From Candidatus Poribacteria bacterium (GTDB lineage: Bacteria; Poribacteria; WGA-4E; WGA-3G): a stretch of 64,000 bases of DNA. The notes beneath the pieces are model-generated. The model did not search any database. It saw only the letters and a program-made list of their open reading frames with translations, and was not told where the DNA came from. Shown here piece by piece: positions 8,086 through 19,371 of this stretch. Position 1 is the stretch's first letter, and each line of letters begins with the position of its first letter. The position numbers and the translations under genes were made by a program. The stretch lies in assembly GCA_963663765.2 (NCBI GenBank), contig CAXXUA010000003.1:1-64000 (forward strand), in the 5' to 3' direction.

Positions 8086-9690
8086 CTAATTTTTTGTTAT
8101 AGTCCGTTCTGATGACGGTGGTTCTTGCACTATAGGGATAACATGGGTGTGAATTTTTACGTTTCCTAAGGTGTCAGTTTCGAGGCGTGGTTCTGGATTT
8201 TTGCGATGGTCAAAGACAACATAATATCCTGTCGTTTGACCTTCGGATTTCATGTAACGGAGAAGTTGTTTTTTACCGGCAGCATAAGTGTTTTCACCTT
8301 CCCATATTTTCGTCTCAATGATATATTTGTGATTGTTATGGATAATAACGATGTCCATTCGTCCACGACCGGTTGGTACTTCAAGATACATAACCCCACC
8401 GATGAGAAGGACAAACTGATCGAGATATACAAGCAGCAAATGCTGTCCGATGTATTCTTTTGGTGTTTCTGGTACTTGCAACACGCGGAAGCCTGCACGT
8501 ACAATGAAATCTCGGAAGTTATTTAGTAAGAGCAACATGTCAATTTCACCATTTAGGGTCAGGTAATCTTGAAAACCGTTTGTGTTGTTATCGGGAAGAT
8601 ATTCGTTCTCAAGTCCATTCACCAGCGGATTAAATGTTTGCAGAATACAATAGTGATAAATTGGATTGAGAATCTCGCACATACCATCATCACCTTTTGT
8701 TATAACGCCATAGGTAGCGAGTTCACTGATGATCTCGTTCCGGAGTGTAAAGCGTACACCCATATCATAAGAGACTATTTGCATGAGGTACGACTCAAAC
8801 CGTTTTTCTCTACGTACATTGGTGACCAAATGCGATAGGTTAACGTTATCCTCTTCAAGGAGTTGTGCAAGTGCCTTTGCAAAGTGGTTGTGATCAATCG
8901 TCTCATTTTTAGGAATATTGAGTTCTTCTGTAAGGATTTGACCGAATCGGTTGACAAGGAAAGGTTGTCCTGCGGTCTGTTTGTGAATACCTTCAATTAC
9001 TTCGGATGAGATATTTTGTCCTGTTTCATCTGTATATTGAGAAAAAAGTTCTTGAATCTGTTCAATCGTAAAATTGGGTAGTAGAAATTCATCCTGTATG
9101 TTGAATGGAGAGATAGAGCGATCATAGTTGAGTTGGTTGATGCTTTTTACACCTACTATACCAATGCTGTATGGACATCGGTTTTTACCGGTAAGATAGA
9201 TTTGTCGTAGTGTATATAGGAAATCGTTTAGAACGGTTGCTGGTATACCATCAAATTCATCTATGACCAGAACGAACTTTTTTTCTTCAAGGATACTTGC
9301 CAAGTTTTCAAAGAAAACCTTCATTGTAACATGATCTGTAATTTTGGAATCATCCAAAAGGTCTTTCAAATCTGCAGGCGGTTGCGCGTTGTGTATCTGA
9401 AAAACATTCTCAATTTCACTGCATAAGTTTAAGTAGAAGTATTTGTAGAAAGTGTTTGGTTCAACGTTACTGAAAGTTTGGAAATCAAGCCATATTGGTA
9501 AATAGTTTGCATGGGGGAGCAAATCAAGGGCATGGCGGAAGAAAGTAGTTTTACCTGTTTGTCGGGGAGCAAATAGGACAATATATCTCCCATTTTTTAC
9601 ACGTTTAATAAAGTCTTTGATTTCTTGCGTACGGGAAACGATATAACTGTCTTCTGGATAAACGGGACCTCGTGTTTCAAAATATCTCAT
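8086..9690 (-). CDS. AAA-like P-loop ATPase with C-terminal PD-(D/E)XK-like domain
   Basis: Walker A APRQTGKTT, Walker B LVIDEFD, C-terminal GRMDIV...IIETKIW. Paralog of 52644-54242. Confidence 0.8.
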   Translation of the reverse strand: MRYFETRGPVYPEDSYIVSRTQEIKDFIKRVKNGRYIVLFAPRQTGKTTFFRHALDLLPHANYLPIWLDFQTFSNVEPNTFYKYFYLNLCSEIENVFQIHNAQPPADLKDLLDDSKITDHVTMKVFFENLASILEEKKFVLVIDEFDGIPATVLNDFLYTLRQIYLTGKNRCPYSIGIVGVKSINQLNYDRSISPFNIQDEFLLPNFTIEQIQELFSQYTDETGQNISSEVIEGIHKQTAGQPFLVNRFGQILTEELNIPKNETIDHNHFAKALAQLLEEDNVNLSHLVTNVRREKRFESYLMQIVSYDMGVRFTLRNEIISELATYGVITKGDDGMCEILNPIYHYCILQTFNPLVNGLENEYLPDNNTNGFQDYLTLNGEIDMLLLLNNFRDFIVRAGFRVLQVPETPKEYIGQHLLLVYLDQFVLLIGGVMYLEVPTGRGRMDIVIIHNNHKYIIETKIWEGENTYAAGKKQLLRYMKSEGQTTGYYVVFDHRKNPEPRLETDTLGNVKIHTHVIPIVQEPPSSERTITKN

Positions 9691-9743
9691 TTATTCTCCT
9701 GAATGTGATGCGTCATTTTTGGGAAGGTAGCCGATCAGACACG

Positions 9744-12083
9744 CTACTCTGTGGGAATGCTTTTAGCACATCGGAACCCCAGCCAGCCATTGGTATTATA
9801 GGGTCTGTCGCGTCCACGGTCTGCGGTTTTAGCTGGACCTGGAGTGTTCCATGAACCACCACGGGACACACGAGGAGAACGAATCGTCAGGTAATTTTCC
9901 ATTAATTCCTGCATACTGGGATCCCCTGCAATAGGGTTCTTTTTAGACGATTGACTATAGAACTTTCTGTCGTATTGATCCAGGCATAATTCCCAAACAT
10001 TGCCTCCCATGTCATATAGACCGTAATCATTTGGTAGATAAGTTCCAACGGGTAAGGTATTTGTGTCAAAATACCCATAGTTTGCTTGGCTTGGATCGCG
10101 ATGTTCACCCCACACATACCGTTCATCTATTTTACCGCCACGAGCAGCCTTTTCCCATTCTGCTTCCGTTGGTAACCTTTTGCCCACCCAATTTGCATAA
10201 GCCATTGCTGCATACCAACTCACATATACAACCGGATGATTGTCTTTTCCTTCAGGATAGTTATCACCATCCCAGAACCTTAGATAACGTCCGTTATGAT
10301 ATTTGCGCGGAATGTTATTTTTACTCCAATCGGGGTTCGCGTCAATGAACGTTTTGAACTGAGCATTTGTTACCTCATAAGCGTCAATTAGGAACTCGTC
10401 AAGATAAACTTTATGTTCGGGTGATGCATCGCTTACTTTGTTACTTCCCATCTGGAACTCACCTGCGGGTATGCGTACCATCTCTTTTGCTGCTTTGTTT
10501 ATCTCTTCAGTAGAGGTTACACCTTGACCTATAGCTTGCTTGGCTTTTGTGAAATCTGCTTTTGCTTCATTAAGTTTTCCGAGTGCTTCTTTTGCTTTAG
10601 CACGATCAGTATAAGAATCTTGATCATCGGGTTTTAGCTTCAGTGCTGCATCAAAATCTTCAATGGCACCGTTATAGTCGCCGAGTGCGGCCTTTACTGC
10701 TCCACGCGTATGATAGATGTGTGCTCCTTCTGCGTTCAATTCAATTGCTTTGTCAGCATCAGTTATTGCTGCTTGGTAGTTTTTCTTTGCTTCGGCATCG
10801 TTGCCTTGTGTAGTATGGAGTTTTCCAAGTAGGTATTTTGCCCAACCGCGATTATTGTAGTTTCCAGCATCTTTTGGTCCCAGTCTTATCGCTTCATTGA
10901 TATCGTCTATTGCTTCTTCGTAAAGTTTCTGAGCAGCGTTGAAGTTCTTTTCTTCAACATGCGATTGAGCAAATAGATATTTTGTCCAACCACGTCCAGC
11001 ATAGTTTCCATCGTTTTCTGGGTCTAAGGTTACAGCATGATCGTAATCAATTATTGCCGTTTCATATAATTTTTTAGCTGCATGGTGGTTGTGTTTTTCT
11101 GCTTCAGCTTCACCGTAATGTGTATGGACATGTCCCCGATATCTATAGGAAGTATCTTCTTTTAGGTCTAATTCAATGGCGGCAGTATAGTCTGCTATGG
11201 AATCCTGAAAGTGTTTTTGTGCTTTTTCCATTCTTCCTTGCTGTGCTTCAATTTCCGCGTGATAGGAATGTGCGTGTCCTCGAAAATAGTATACCTCCGA
11301 AAACTTGGGATACACCTCTATAGATTCAGTAAAATCTCTGATTGAACCGTCGTAGTCCTTTGACCCAAATTTTTCAAAACCTCGTTGGTAAATGACATAA
11401 GCACGGATATTGTCCTGTTTGTACCATTGGACTAATGGCACTGTCTCTCCTTCCTGAGAGAGTAGTGTTTTGAGAATGTTTGAAGGGATGGCGAGACTGT
11501 AATTGTCTCCTACGGCGAAAGCAACTCCGATGACTTCAGCTGCGTCATTTAGCATGGGACAACCACTGCTGCCAGTAGAAATCTCTGCTGTTGTCTCAAT
11601 GATTTTTTCCAATGATTTGTGTATCGTACCGGCTGTGATTTTATATTGTTTCCCGCCGGGATACCCGGATGCGTAAACAGGGTCATCAATTTTTATAGTA
11701 TCGCTGTTTGCCAGTGGAAGTGGAATTCCTTCCCCTGTAACTTTTAGGATAGCAAGGTCATGTTTCATATCATAAGCGGAAACGCCTTCAATTGCCCAGA
11801 TTGTATCATTATCGTCCTGTTTTGCGAAAATCGACCCTGGTCGTATGATGACGTGGAGATTTGTCACAATCTTGTCAGGACTGACGAAAAATCCACTGCC
11901 AGACCACATTGCCCTTAAATCACCAGCAGTAATTCGGACTGTAGATGCTTTTGCTTTTTTGACTAAGACATCATCTATCTGTATTTCGGGTTGTTCGGAT
12001 ACGGTTTGCTGCGGAGTCCATGTGCAGAAAAATAGCAGGACCAAAATGAAGGGAATGTGTATGTATTTTCTATTGTATTTCAT
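9744..12083 (-). CDS. Exported trypsin-like serine protease + TPR + FGE/SUMF1-fold protein
   Basis: N-terminal hydrophobic segment. Triad TNLHV / DLAILK / GSSGCP. TPR repeats. C-terminal RLPTEAEWEKAARGG...GNVWE...RGGSW...GFRC. Confidence 0.85.
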   Translation of the reverse strand: MKYNRKYIHIPFILVLLFFCTWTPQQTVSEQPEIQIDDVLVKKAKASTVRITAGDLRAMWSGSGFFVSPDKIVTNLHVIIRPGSIFAKQDDNDTIWAIEGVSAYDMKHDLAILKVTGEGIPLPLANSDTIKIDDPVYASGYPGGKQYKITAGTIHKSLEKIIETTAEISTGSSGCPMLNDAAEVIGVAFAVGDNYSLAIPSNILKTLLSQEGETVPLVQWYKQDNIRAYVIYQRGFEKFGSKDYDGSIRDFTESIEVYPKFSEVYYFRGHAHSYHAEIEAQQGRMEKAQKHFQDSIADYTAAIELDLKEDTSYRYRGHVHTHYGEAEAEKHNHHAAKKLYETAIIDYDHAVTLDPENDGNYAGRGWTKYLFAQSHVEEKNFNAAQKLYEEAIDDINEAIRLGPKDAGNYNNRGWAKYLLGKLHTTQGNDAEAKKNYQAAITDADKAIELNAEGAHIYHTRGAVKAALGDYNGAIEDFDAALKLKPDDQDSYTDRAKAKEALGKLNEAKADFTKAKQAIGQGVTSTEEINKAAKEMVRIPAGEFQMGSNKVSDASPEHKVYLDEFLIDAYEVTNAQFKTFIDANPDWSKNNIPRKYHNGRYLRFWDGDNYPEGKDNHPVVYVSWYAAMAYANWVGKRLPTEAEWEKAARGGKIDERYVWGEHRDPSQANYGYFDTNTLPVGTYLPNDYGLYDMGGNVWELCLDQYDRKFYSQSSKKNPIAGDPSMQELMENYLTIRSPRVSRGGSWNTPGPAKTADRGRDRPYNTNGWLGFRCAKSIPTE

Positions 12084-12678
12084 TCGGAGATTCCTTATCT
12101 ATTGGTTTGATGTCTTATGTTTTGTTGGGTGATTTTTTTGCAATGTTTCCAAATGGACACTTTTTTCGTTTTTTTGGTAACATTTTATAATTTGGCGTAG
12201 ATCCAGTTATAGCAAAGGTTTACAGGCGACTTTATGTGAATTTCTGGAAATTAAAAAAATATTTTCGCGAAGTGTAACATTTTGTAGTTATTGATGTGTG
12301 ATGCATGTCAGTTTTGTAAGAATAATTATACATTTTGTTATATAGTTGTTATGTAATATATATTATTACATTTATAATATTGTGTGTCAAGTCTTTTTTT
12401 GTTTATTTTTGTTACATTTTTTATTATACCATTTCTATTAAATTTTGTTGCATTACCGGTTGTTACAAATGAAACGGAATATGGTACAAACTAACAGTTT
12501 GTCTACAAAAAAGAGACATTATTTATTACAATACCTTCGCCAATAATAGACATTCTGCCAGATTGTGCATGTAGTTGTAGCACATTCTTCATGAAGATTA
12601 AAAAATACTTTGGGTAATTCTACTAATCCGGCCACGGTAGGCGGGGAATGCCTAAATGGCATTCATACCGTTGATTTG

Positions 12679-13585
12679 GTGCTTTGTAAGCGCGCCACCC
12701 AACTGCCACCCAACTGCAGCCGTGCTTTGTCCGCGCGCCACCAACCTGCCACCAACTGCAGGCGTGCTTTGTAAGCGCGCCACCAACTGCAGGCGTGCTT
12801 TGTAAGCGCGCCAACCAACTGCCACCCAACTGCAGGCGTGCTTTGTAAGCGCGCCAACCAACTGCCACCCAACTGCAGCCGTGCTTTGTAAGCGCGCCAC
12901 CCAACTGCCACCCAACTGCAGGCGTGCTTTGTAAGCGCGCCCCGATGGTAGGCGTGCTTTGTAAGCGCGCCACCAACTGCAGCCGTGCTTTGTCCGCGCG
13001 CCACCCAACTGCCCCCAACTGCAGCCGTGCTTTGTAAGCGCGCCAACCAACTGCCACCCAACTGCAGGTGTGCTTTGTAAGCGCGCCACCAACCTGCCAC
13101 CCAACTGCAGGCGTGCTTTGTAAGCGCGCCAACCAACTGCCACCAACTGCAGCCGTGCTTTGTAAGCGCGCCAACCAACTGCCACCCAACTGCCACCCAA
13201 CTGCAGGCGTGCTTTGTAAGCGCACCACCAACCTGCCACCAACTGCAGGCGTGCTTTGTAAGCGCGCCAACCAACTGCCCCCAACTGCAGGCGTGCTTTG
13301 TAAGCGCGCCACCAACTGCAGCCGTGCTTTGTAAGCGCGCCAACCAACTGCAGGCGTGCTTTGTAAGCGCGCCACCCAACTGCCACCCAACTGCAGGCGT
13401 GCTTTGTAAGCGCGCCACCAACTGCAGCCGTGCTTTGTAAGCGCGCCACCAACTGCAGCCGTGCTTTGTAAGCGCGCCACCAACTGCAGCCGTGCTTTGT
13501 AAGCGCGCCACCCAACTGCCACCCAACTGCAGGCGTGCTTTGTAAGCGCGCCAACCAACTGCAGCCGTGCTTTGTAAGCGCGCTG
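12679..13585. repeat. Family A modular tandem array
   Basis: Same CTGCAG..GTGCTTTGTAAGCGCGCC units as 5750-6623. Confidence 0.9.
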
Positions 13586-13730
13586 GCACATCAAATCCCA
13601 AGAGCGCGCTTACAAACCACCAAATCAACGGTATGAATCATGGAGCATGCCATACGCGCATGCTTCTTTAGGCATTCCCCGCCTACCATCTGAAAAATAT
13701 TTATTACCCGATTAAAAAATTAATCTTCAT

Positions 13731-13966
13731 CCAGATTGTGTGGTCAGTTGTAGCACATTCTTCCAGATTGTGCGTGTAGTTGTAGCACATTCTTCCAGAT
13801 TGTGCGTGTAGTTGTAGCACATTCTTCCAGATTGTGCGTGTAGTTGTAGCACATTCTTCCAGATTGTGCGTGTAGTTGTAGCACATTCTGCCAGATTGTG
13901 CGTGTAGTTGTAGCACATTCTTCCAGATTGTGCGTGTAGTTGTAGCACATTCTTCCAGATTGTGCA
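13731..13966. repeat. About 7 x 32-bp tandem repeat internal to MITE-B
   Basis: Unit CCAGATTGTGCGTGTAGTTGTAGCACATTCTT. Confidence 0.9.
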
Positions 13967-14291
13967 TATAAATTATTCTGTCAGATTCTATCGTCAAATT
14001 AGACGTTATGATAAATAAAAATACTTCAACGAAAACCTGAAGTTTTTTTTATTTATGTAATCCTAACAATATCACAGAGCAATGGTAAATCAACACTATA
14101 GACTCATTCAACTGAAGCACTCAAAAATGGCGAAGGTATTGTTATTAGAAATGGTATTATTATACCAAATTAACGTGATTTATATTGCAATTACTGCCGA
14201 GAAACAGGGTTATTCAGTTTTAGATATTTTGGCAGATATTTATAACATTCGTGATTTAATATCGTAGGTCGGGTAGAGCGTGAGCGAAACC

Positions 14292-14597
14292 CATAGGTGT
14301 CAACTTAAGAAAAAAGTGTTGGCATATTCTCTTGTGGGAGGGGTTTGTAACCCCGATTTGAGTGGAAATGAACATAAAAGCGGGGTTGAAAACCACTCCC
14401 AAAAGTGGTCAGAATCCTTAAGTTGACACCAATGGGTAGAGCGTGAGCGAAACCCATAGGTGTCAACTTAAGAAAAAAGTGTTGGCATATTCTCTTGTGG
14501 GAGGGGTTTGTAACCCCGATTTGAGTGGAAATGAACATAAAAGCGGGGTTGAAAACCACTCCCACAAGAGGTCAGAATCCTTAAGTTGACACCTATG
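14292..14597. mobile_element. Two tandem MITE-A copies in a GTAGGTCGGG REP
   Basis: Copies at 14292-14434 and 14455-14597, bracketed by three copies of the 20-mer GGTAGAGCGTGAGCGAAACC. Confidence 0.85.
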
Positions 14598-15006
14598 GGT
14601 AGAGCGTGAGCGAAACCCGACATGATAGACAAAATCAATACATGTCGGGTTTCGCATACGCTCTACCCGACCTACGATATAAACTTTAAGTAACACCCAT
14701 TAACTGATAATTCTTAAAACTAAATAACCCTGGCCAAGAAAATCGGCGGGTACAGAACCCGCCCCTACAATTTAGGTTAATTTGGTATTACTTGTGTAAA
14801 GTATTTGATTAAAGTTTGGGTTAAGGTGAGTTGTCTGGGACATATTTTCTGACAGAATCGCGGATTACGTGGATAAGACCGCTGCAATGGTTTGCATCGC
14901 TTATGATAAATTTGATCTGAGGCATACGATCTTATGAATGCATTTTGACATTTCCCGTATGGCATTCGGCATGATTTCCTGGATTACGTGTTTTCGGTGA
15001 CTATAG

Positions 15007-16296
15007 TCAAGGTAGTGATATATAATCAAGTTTTAGTTCTTGCATTTTACGTTTTATATTTTTCAAGTTTTTACGAACAAGAGGCAATCTTGGATTCAAC
15101 CTAAGTAATTTGTTTAAATCGTCCATAGCCTCTTGATAGTATCTTCTTGCTTCATGAATATTGCCTCGTTCAGATTGAAAATCAGCTAACATTTTATTGA
15201 TCTGTGATCGATTTAGGTTTCCTATCACATAATCTGGATTAATTTCGAGAGCTTTGTTAACGTCATCAAGTCCTCCTTGTAAATCTCCGAGCAAGGATTT
15301 AGTATTAGATCTGTTGTTATAGGCAAATATATCGTTAGGGTTTGCCTTAATAGCTATATCAAAGTCTCTGCGTGCCCCAACAAGATTCCCAGTTCGCACT
15401 TTCATTCTACCAATTCTTGAGTGTATGCCGCATAAATCTGGGTTAAGTTTTTTTGCTGAATTATACGCATTTAGAGCTTCTCTGTTGTAACCAAAATCGG
15501 CATATTGGTCACCTTTATTTTCCATGTCGTATGCACGCACGAGGTCATTTTTTTTCCATTGTCCCAAAGGTATGACATTTCCTGAATTAGCAATTAGAGT
15601 ATTGATAATGTTGGAAGAAACCAGAAGTGTATGCATTGTGCTGAGATCCTCAATATTAGCATCTAACCCCGTGATAGCGACACCGATGACTTCGCTGTTC
15701 TTATTCATAGTAGGACTACCGAAAGCCCCCGTAATAAATTCGGTTTTTACTTCGTATTGAAAGTTATCAGTGTATCTGCTTTGAATGTGACCTATTCTCC
15801 CCATGTATCCCATCTCCGAATGGTATCCTATGAAATAAACTGGATCGTCTATTTGAAGGGTGTCACTGCTTCCGATGGATAATGGGACACCTGTGTGAGT
15901 TACCTTAAGAAGGACCAGATTATATTTTGCATCGTAGGCGGTTACGCCTTCAATAGTGATGTTTTCCTTATCGTTAATCTGAACATTTTTGTGTTGGTTC
16001 AACGGGAAAATATCCATTTTTTTCTTTTTCTCACGTGAGCGAGATGTGGCGTGCTTCTTTATTGTCTCATATTGATTTGTGGAAAACGCAACAACATTTT
16101 TCGCATCGGCAAGAACCGCTATAGTCGTCACGATCTTGTCTGGTGCTACATAGAAACCTGTGGCTGATAAAGTGTTTGGATATTCTGAATTTAATCCAAA
16201 ACTATCGCTATCATCAAGTTCTACTTCCAGGTAAACTGTAGCTTCTTTACTGTTATCAAGAATTTGTTTTAATATAGTATCTTTATTATTTTCCAT
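15007..16296 (-). CDS. Trypsin-like pseudoprotease + TPR protein
   Basis: Aligns to its paralogs, but the triad positions read TTIAV / NLVLLK / GAFGSP. C-terminal TPRs. Confidence 0.8.
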   Translation of the reverse strand: MENNKDTILKQILDNSKEATVYLEVELDDSDSFGLNSEYPNTLSATGFYVAPDKIVTTIAVLADAKNVVAFSTNQYETIKKHATSRSREKKKKMDIFPLNQHKNVQINDKENITIEGVTAYDAKYNLVLLKVTHTGVPLSIGSSDTLQIDDPVYFIGYHSEMGYMGRIGHIQSRYTDNFQYEVKTEFITGAFGSPTMNKNSEVIGVAITGLDANIEDLSTMHTLLVSSNIINTLIANSGNVIPLGQWKKNDLVRAYDMENKGDQYADFGYNREALNAYNSAKKLNPDLCGIHSRIGRMKVRTGNLVGARRDFDIAIKANPNDIFAYNNRSNTKSLLGDLQGGLDDVNKALEINPDYVIGNLNRSQINKMLADFQSERGNIHEARRYYQEAMDDLNKLLRLNPRLPLVRKNLKNIKRKMQELKLDYISLP

Positions 16297-16335
16297 AGTT
16301 TTTCTCCAACTATTTATCTACATCGTATCTTATAA

Positions 16336-17801
16336 CAGGACTTACGTAGTTTTCATGATTTAATCAAGAATAATGTTGAAAACGATGTAATTTTCAGCAT
16401 TATTTATGTTTCCAGCGTGCTTTGTAAGCGCGCCCCCCACCTGCCACCCAACTGCAGGCGTGCTTTGTAAGCGCACCCTCAACCGCAGGCGTGCTTTGTA
16501 AGCGCACCCTCAACCGCAGGCGTGCTTTGTCCGCGCGCCAACCACCTGCCACCCAACTGCAGCCGTGCTTTGTCCGCGCACCACCCATAGGTGTCAACTT
16601 AAGGATTTTACCTCTTGTGGGAGGGGTTTTCAACCCCGATTTTTTAGTGCATTTCCGCTCAAATCGGGGTTGAAAACCCCTCCCACAAGAGAAAATGCAA
16701 ACAATATTTTCTTAAGTTGACACCTATGTGCTTTGTCCGCGCGCCACCCAACTGCACCCCCAACTGCAGCCGTGCTTTGTCCGCTCACCACCCATAGGTG
16801 TCAACTTAAGGATTTTACCTCTTGTGGGAGGGGTTTTCAACCCCGATTTTTTAGTGCATTTCCGCTCAAATCGGGGTTGAAAACCCCTCCCACAAGAGAA
16901 AATGCAAACAATATTTTCTTAAGTTGACACCTATGTGCTTTGTCCGCGCGCCACCCAACTCCCTCCCAATTGCCACCCAACTGCAGCCGTGCTTTGTCCG
17001 CGCGCCACCCAATTGCCACCCAACTGCAGGCGTGCTTTGTAAGCGCGCCACCCAACTGCCACCCAACTGCAGGCGTGCTTTGTAAGCGCGCCAACCAACT
17101 GCCACCAAACTGCCAACCAACTGCAGCCGTGCTTTGTCCGCTCACCACCCAACTGCCTCCCACCTGCAGCCGTGCTTTGTCCGCGCACCACCCATAGGTG
17201 TCAACTTAAGGATTTTACCTCTTGTGGGAGGGGTTTTCAACCCCGATTTTTTAGTGCATTTCCGCTCAAATCGGGGTTGAAAACCCCTCCCACAAGAGAA
17301 AATGCAAACAATATTTTCTTAAGTTGACACCTATGTGCTTTGTCCGCGCGCCACCCAACTCCCTCCCAATTGCCACCCAACTGCAGCCGTGCTTTGTCCG
17401 CGCGCCACCCAACTGCCACCCAACTGCAGCCGTGCTTTGTAAGCGCGCCACCCATCTGCCACCCAACCGCAGGCGTGCTTTGTCCGCGCACCACCCACCT
17501 GCCACCTAACTGCAGGCGTGCTTTGTAAGCGCGCTCCCCAACTGCAACCCAACTGCCACCCAACTGCAGGCGTGCTTTGTAAGCGCGCCAACCAACTGCC
17601 TCCCAACTGCAGGCGTGCTTTGTAAGCGCGCTCCCCAACTGCAACCCAACTGCAGCCGTGCTTTGTAAGCGCGCTGGCACATCAAATTCCCAAGAGCGCG
17701 CTTACAAACCACGCCTACCATCTGAAAAATATTTATTACCCGATTAATAAATTAATTTTCATTTAGGCATTCCCCACCTACCGTTGGGTGCGTAAAACCT
17801 G
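16336..17801. mobile_element. Expanded MITE containing array A and three MITE-A copies
   Basis: Ends CAGGACTTACG / CGTAAAACCTG with TSD TTATAA. MITE-A at 16586-16728, 16793-16935 and 17193-17335. Compact 120-bp relative at 57893-58014. Confidence 0.8.
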
Positions 17802-17910
17802 TTATAAATCCAGTTTTGTCCAAATTCACTGAATTGCGTGTTCGGTAAATCGGGGTTAGAAACCCCTCTTACAATTCCTACAATTAATGGGATAGGTTAT
17901 AGCAGTTTCG

Positions 17911-19329
17911 TTAGTTTGCTGAGTTTTCAACATCTGGATCTAATTCCTTTGCTTTTGTGAAGTCTGCTTCTGCTGCTTCTTGCTGTCCAAGTGCTTTTTT
18001 CGCTCTGCCTCGGTTTTTGTATGCTTTAACATATTTAGGGTTTAAATTGATAGCGTTATCGTAATCTTCTACCGCACCTTCAACATCACCGAGTTTGGAC
18101 TTTGCGTTACCGCGATTATAGTATGCCTTTGTATCTTCAGGGTTCAGTTGGATAGCCGTATTGTAGTCTTCTATAGCACCTTTGATGTTACCAAGATGTC
18201 GCTTCACGACACCTCGATTGTTGTATGTGTCCGGATCCTCAGGGTTTAATCTGATGGCGTTACCGTAGTCTTCAATAGCTCCATCGAAATCATCAAGTTT
18301 TCGTTTTGCAAGTCCTCGATTATAGTATACGCTTGCCTCTTCAGGGTTCAGTTTGATAGCCATATCATAGTCTTCTATAGCACCTGCAATGTCGCCAAGT
18401 TCGTCCTTTGCATCAGCCCGTTTTAAGTAGGTGTCAGCTAAATTGGGGTTAAGTTGAAGGGCAGCATCGTAGTATGTTATCGCTTTTTCGTATTTCCCTG
18501 CTGATAAAACCGAGTTCCCTAAATCTGTTTTAGTGTAGGCACGTATCTGTGGATGTCTTCGCCATTCCGAGATAGTTTCAACTTGTCCGGAGTTCGCGAT
18601 CAATGTTCTGAGAACAGTTAGAGGAATGGCATTAACAAAGGAAAGTCCGTTCGTGTTGCTCTCATTTAATCCCGTGGCAGATTCAACAACTCCGATGATT
18701 TCTCCTGTGCTGTTTAGCACAGGACCACCACTATACCCATCAATTTGTTCTGGGGGAAGTTCCACTTTTATTTGTAGTAGTTTTTCGTTATTATGTTCCC
18801 CAGAGATTGTACCTGCGACACTTCTGTATTTTTCTTCATCGCAACCGACGATGTAAACTTTCTCATTCCTTTGAAGATGATTACAGTTTCCCAGGGGAAG
18901 AGGTGCGCCTGTTTCGGTAACTTTCAGGAGAACAAGGTCATTTTCATCGTCAAACGCTGTCACACCCTCAATAGTATATTTTGCTGTTTCTTTACTAATG
19001 TGGAGATTGCTGTGTTCTTGGTGTCTTTTTAGATTTAATTTCTTTAGAATACCTTGAACCAACTGAAAGACCATACTGTTGATTGCTTTAGATATATGGT
19101 GGATAATAGGAGTTTTTTGTTTTTCAAGCTGCTTTGCAGTGATTGCTTTGACTTTGAAACCAGGCAGACCTTCAATCACATGAATGTTCGTTACGATCTT
19201 GTCCGGTTCTATGAAAAATCCGCTCCCTACCTGAATTGTCAACCCGATAAATTTTGTTTTCAAGCAAATAGTAGATTTTTTGCTGCTTTCAGCAATTTGC
19301 TGGAGTTGGTCGTCTCTTTCTTGTTCCAT
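17911..19329 (-). CDS. Trypsin-like serine protease + TPR protein
   Basis: Triad TNIHV / DLVLLK / GYSGGP. About six canonical TPRs. ATG at 19329 preferred over TTG at 19347. Confidence 0.85.
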   Translation of the reverse strand: MEQERDDQLQQIAESSKKSTICLKTKFIGLTIQVGSGFFIEPDKIVTNIHVIEGLPGFKVKAITAKQLEKQKTPIIHHISKAINSMVFQLVQGILKKLNLKRHQEHSNLHISKETAKYTIEGVTAFDDENDLVLLKVTETGAPLPLGNCNHLQRNEKVYIVGCDEEKYRSVAGTISGEHNNEKLLQIKVELPPEQIDGYSGGPVLNSTGEIIGVVESATGLNESNTNGLSFVNAIPLTVLRTLIANSGQVETISEWRRHPQIRAYTKTDLGNSVLSAGKYEKAITYYDAALQLNPNLADTYLKRADAKDELGDIAGAIEDYDMAIKLNPEEASVYYNRGLAKRKLDDFDGAIEDYGNAIRLNPEDPDTYNNRGVVKRHLGNIKGAIEDYNTAIQLNPEDTKAYYNRGNAKSKLGDVEGAVEDYDNAINLNPKYVKAYKNRGRAKKALGQQEAAEADFTKAKELDPDVENSAN

Positions 19330-19371
19330 TATGAGGTTCTTTTTCAATTGCCAATACCTTCGCCAATAATA

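Larger units (their letters stand above)
12426..14157. mobile_element. Nested MITE stack (four or more layers)
   Basis: Outer TIR ATACCATTTCTA/TAGAAATGGTAT. Inside it, MITE-B 12529-14141 (TIR CAATACCTTCGCCA, TSD TTATTA). Inside that, an element at 12591-13730 (ends ATGAAGATTAA) holding a REP doublet and array A. Confidence 0.75.

Noticed and set aside
9744-9860. Diversity-generating retroelement target in the FGE/C-type-lectin-fold C-terminus
   Set aside because: No template repeat differing at adenines and no reverse transcriptase in the window.
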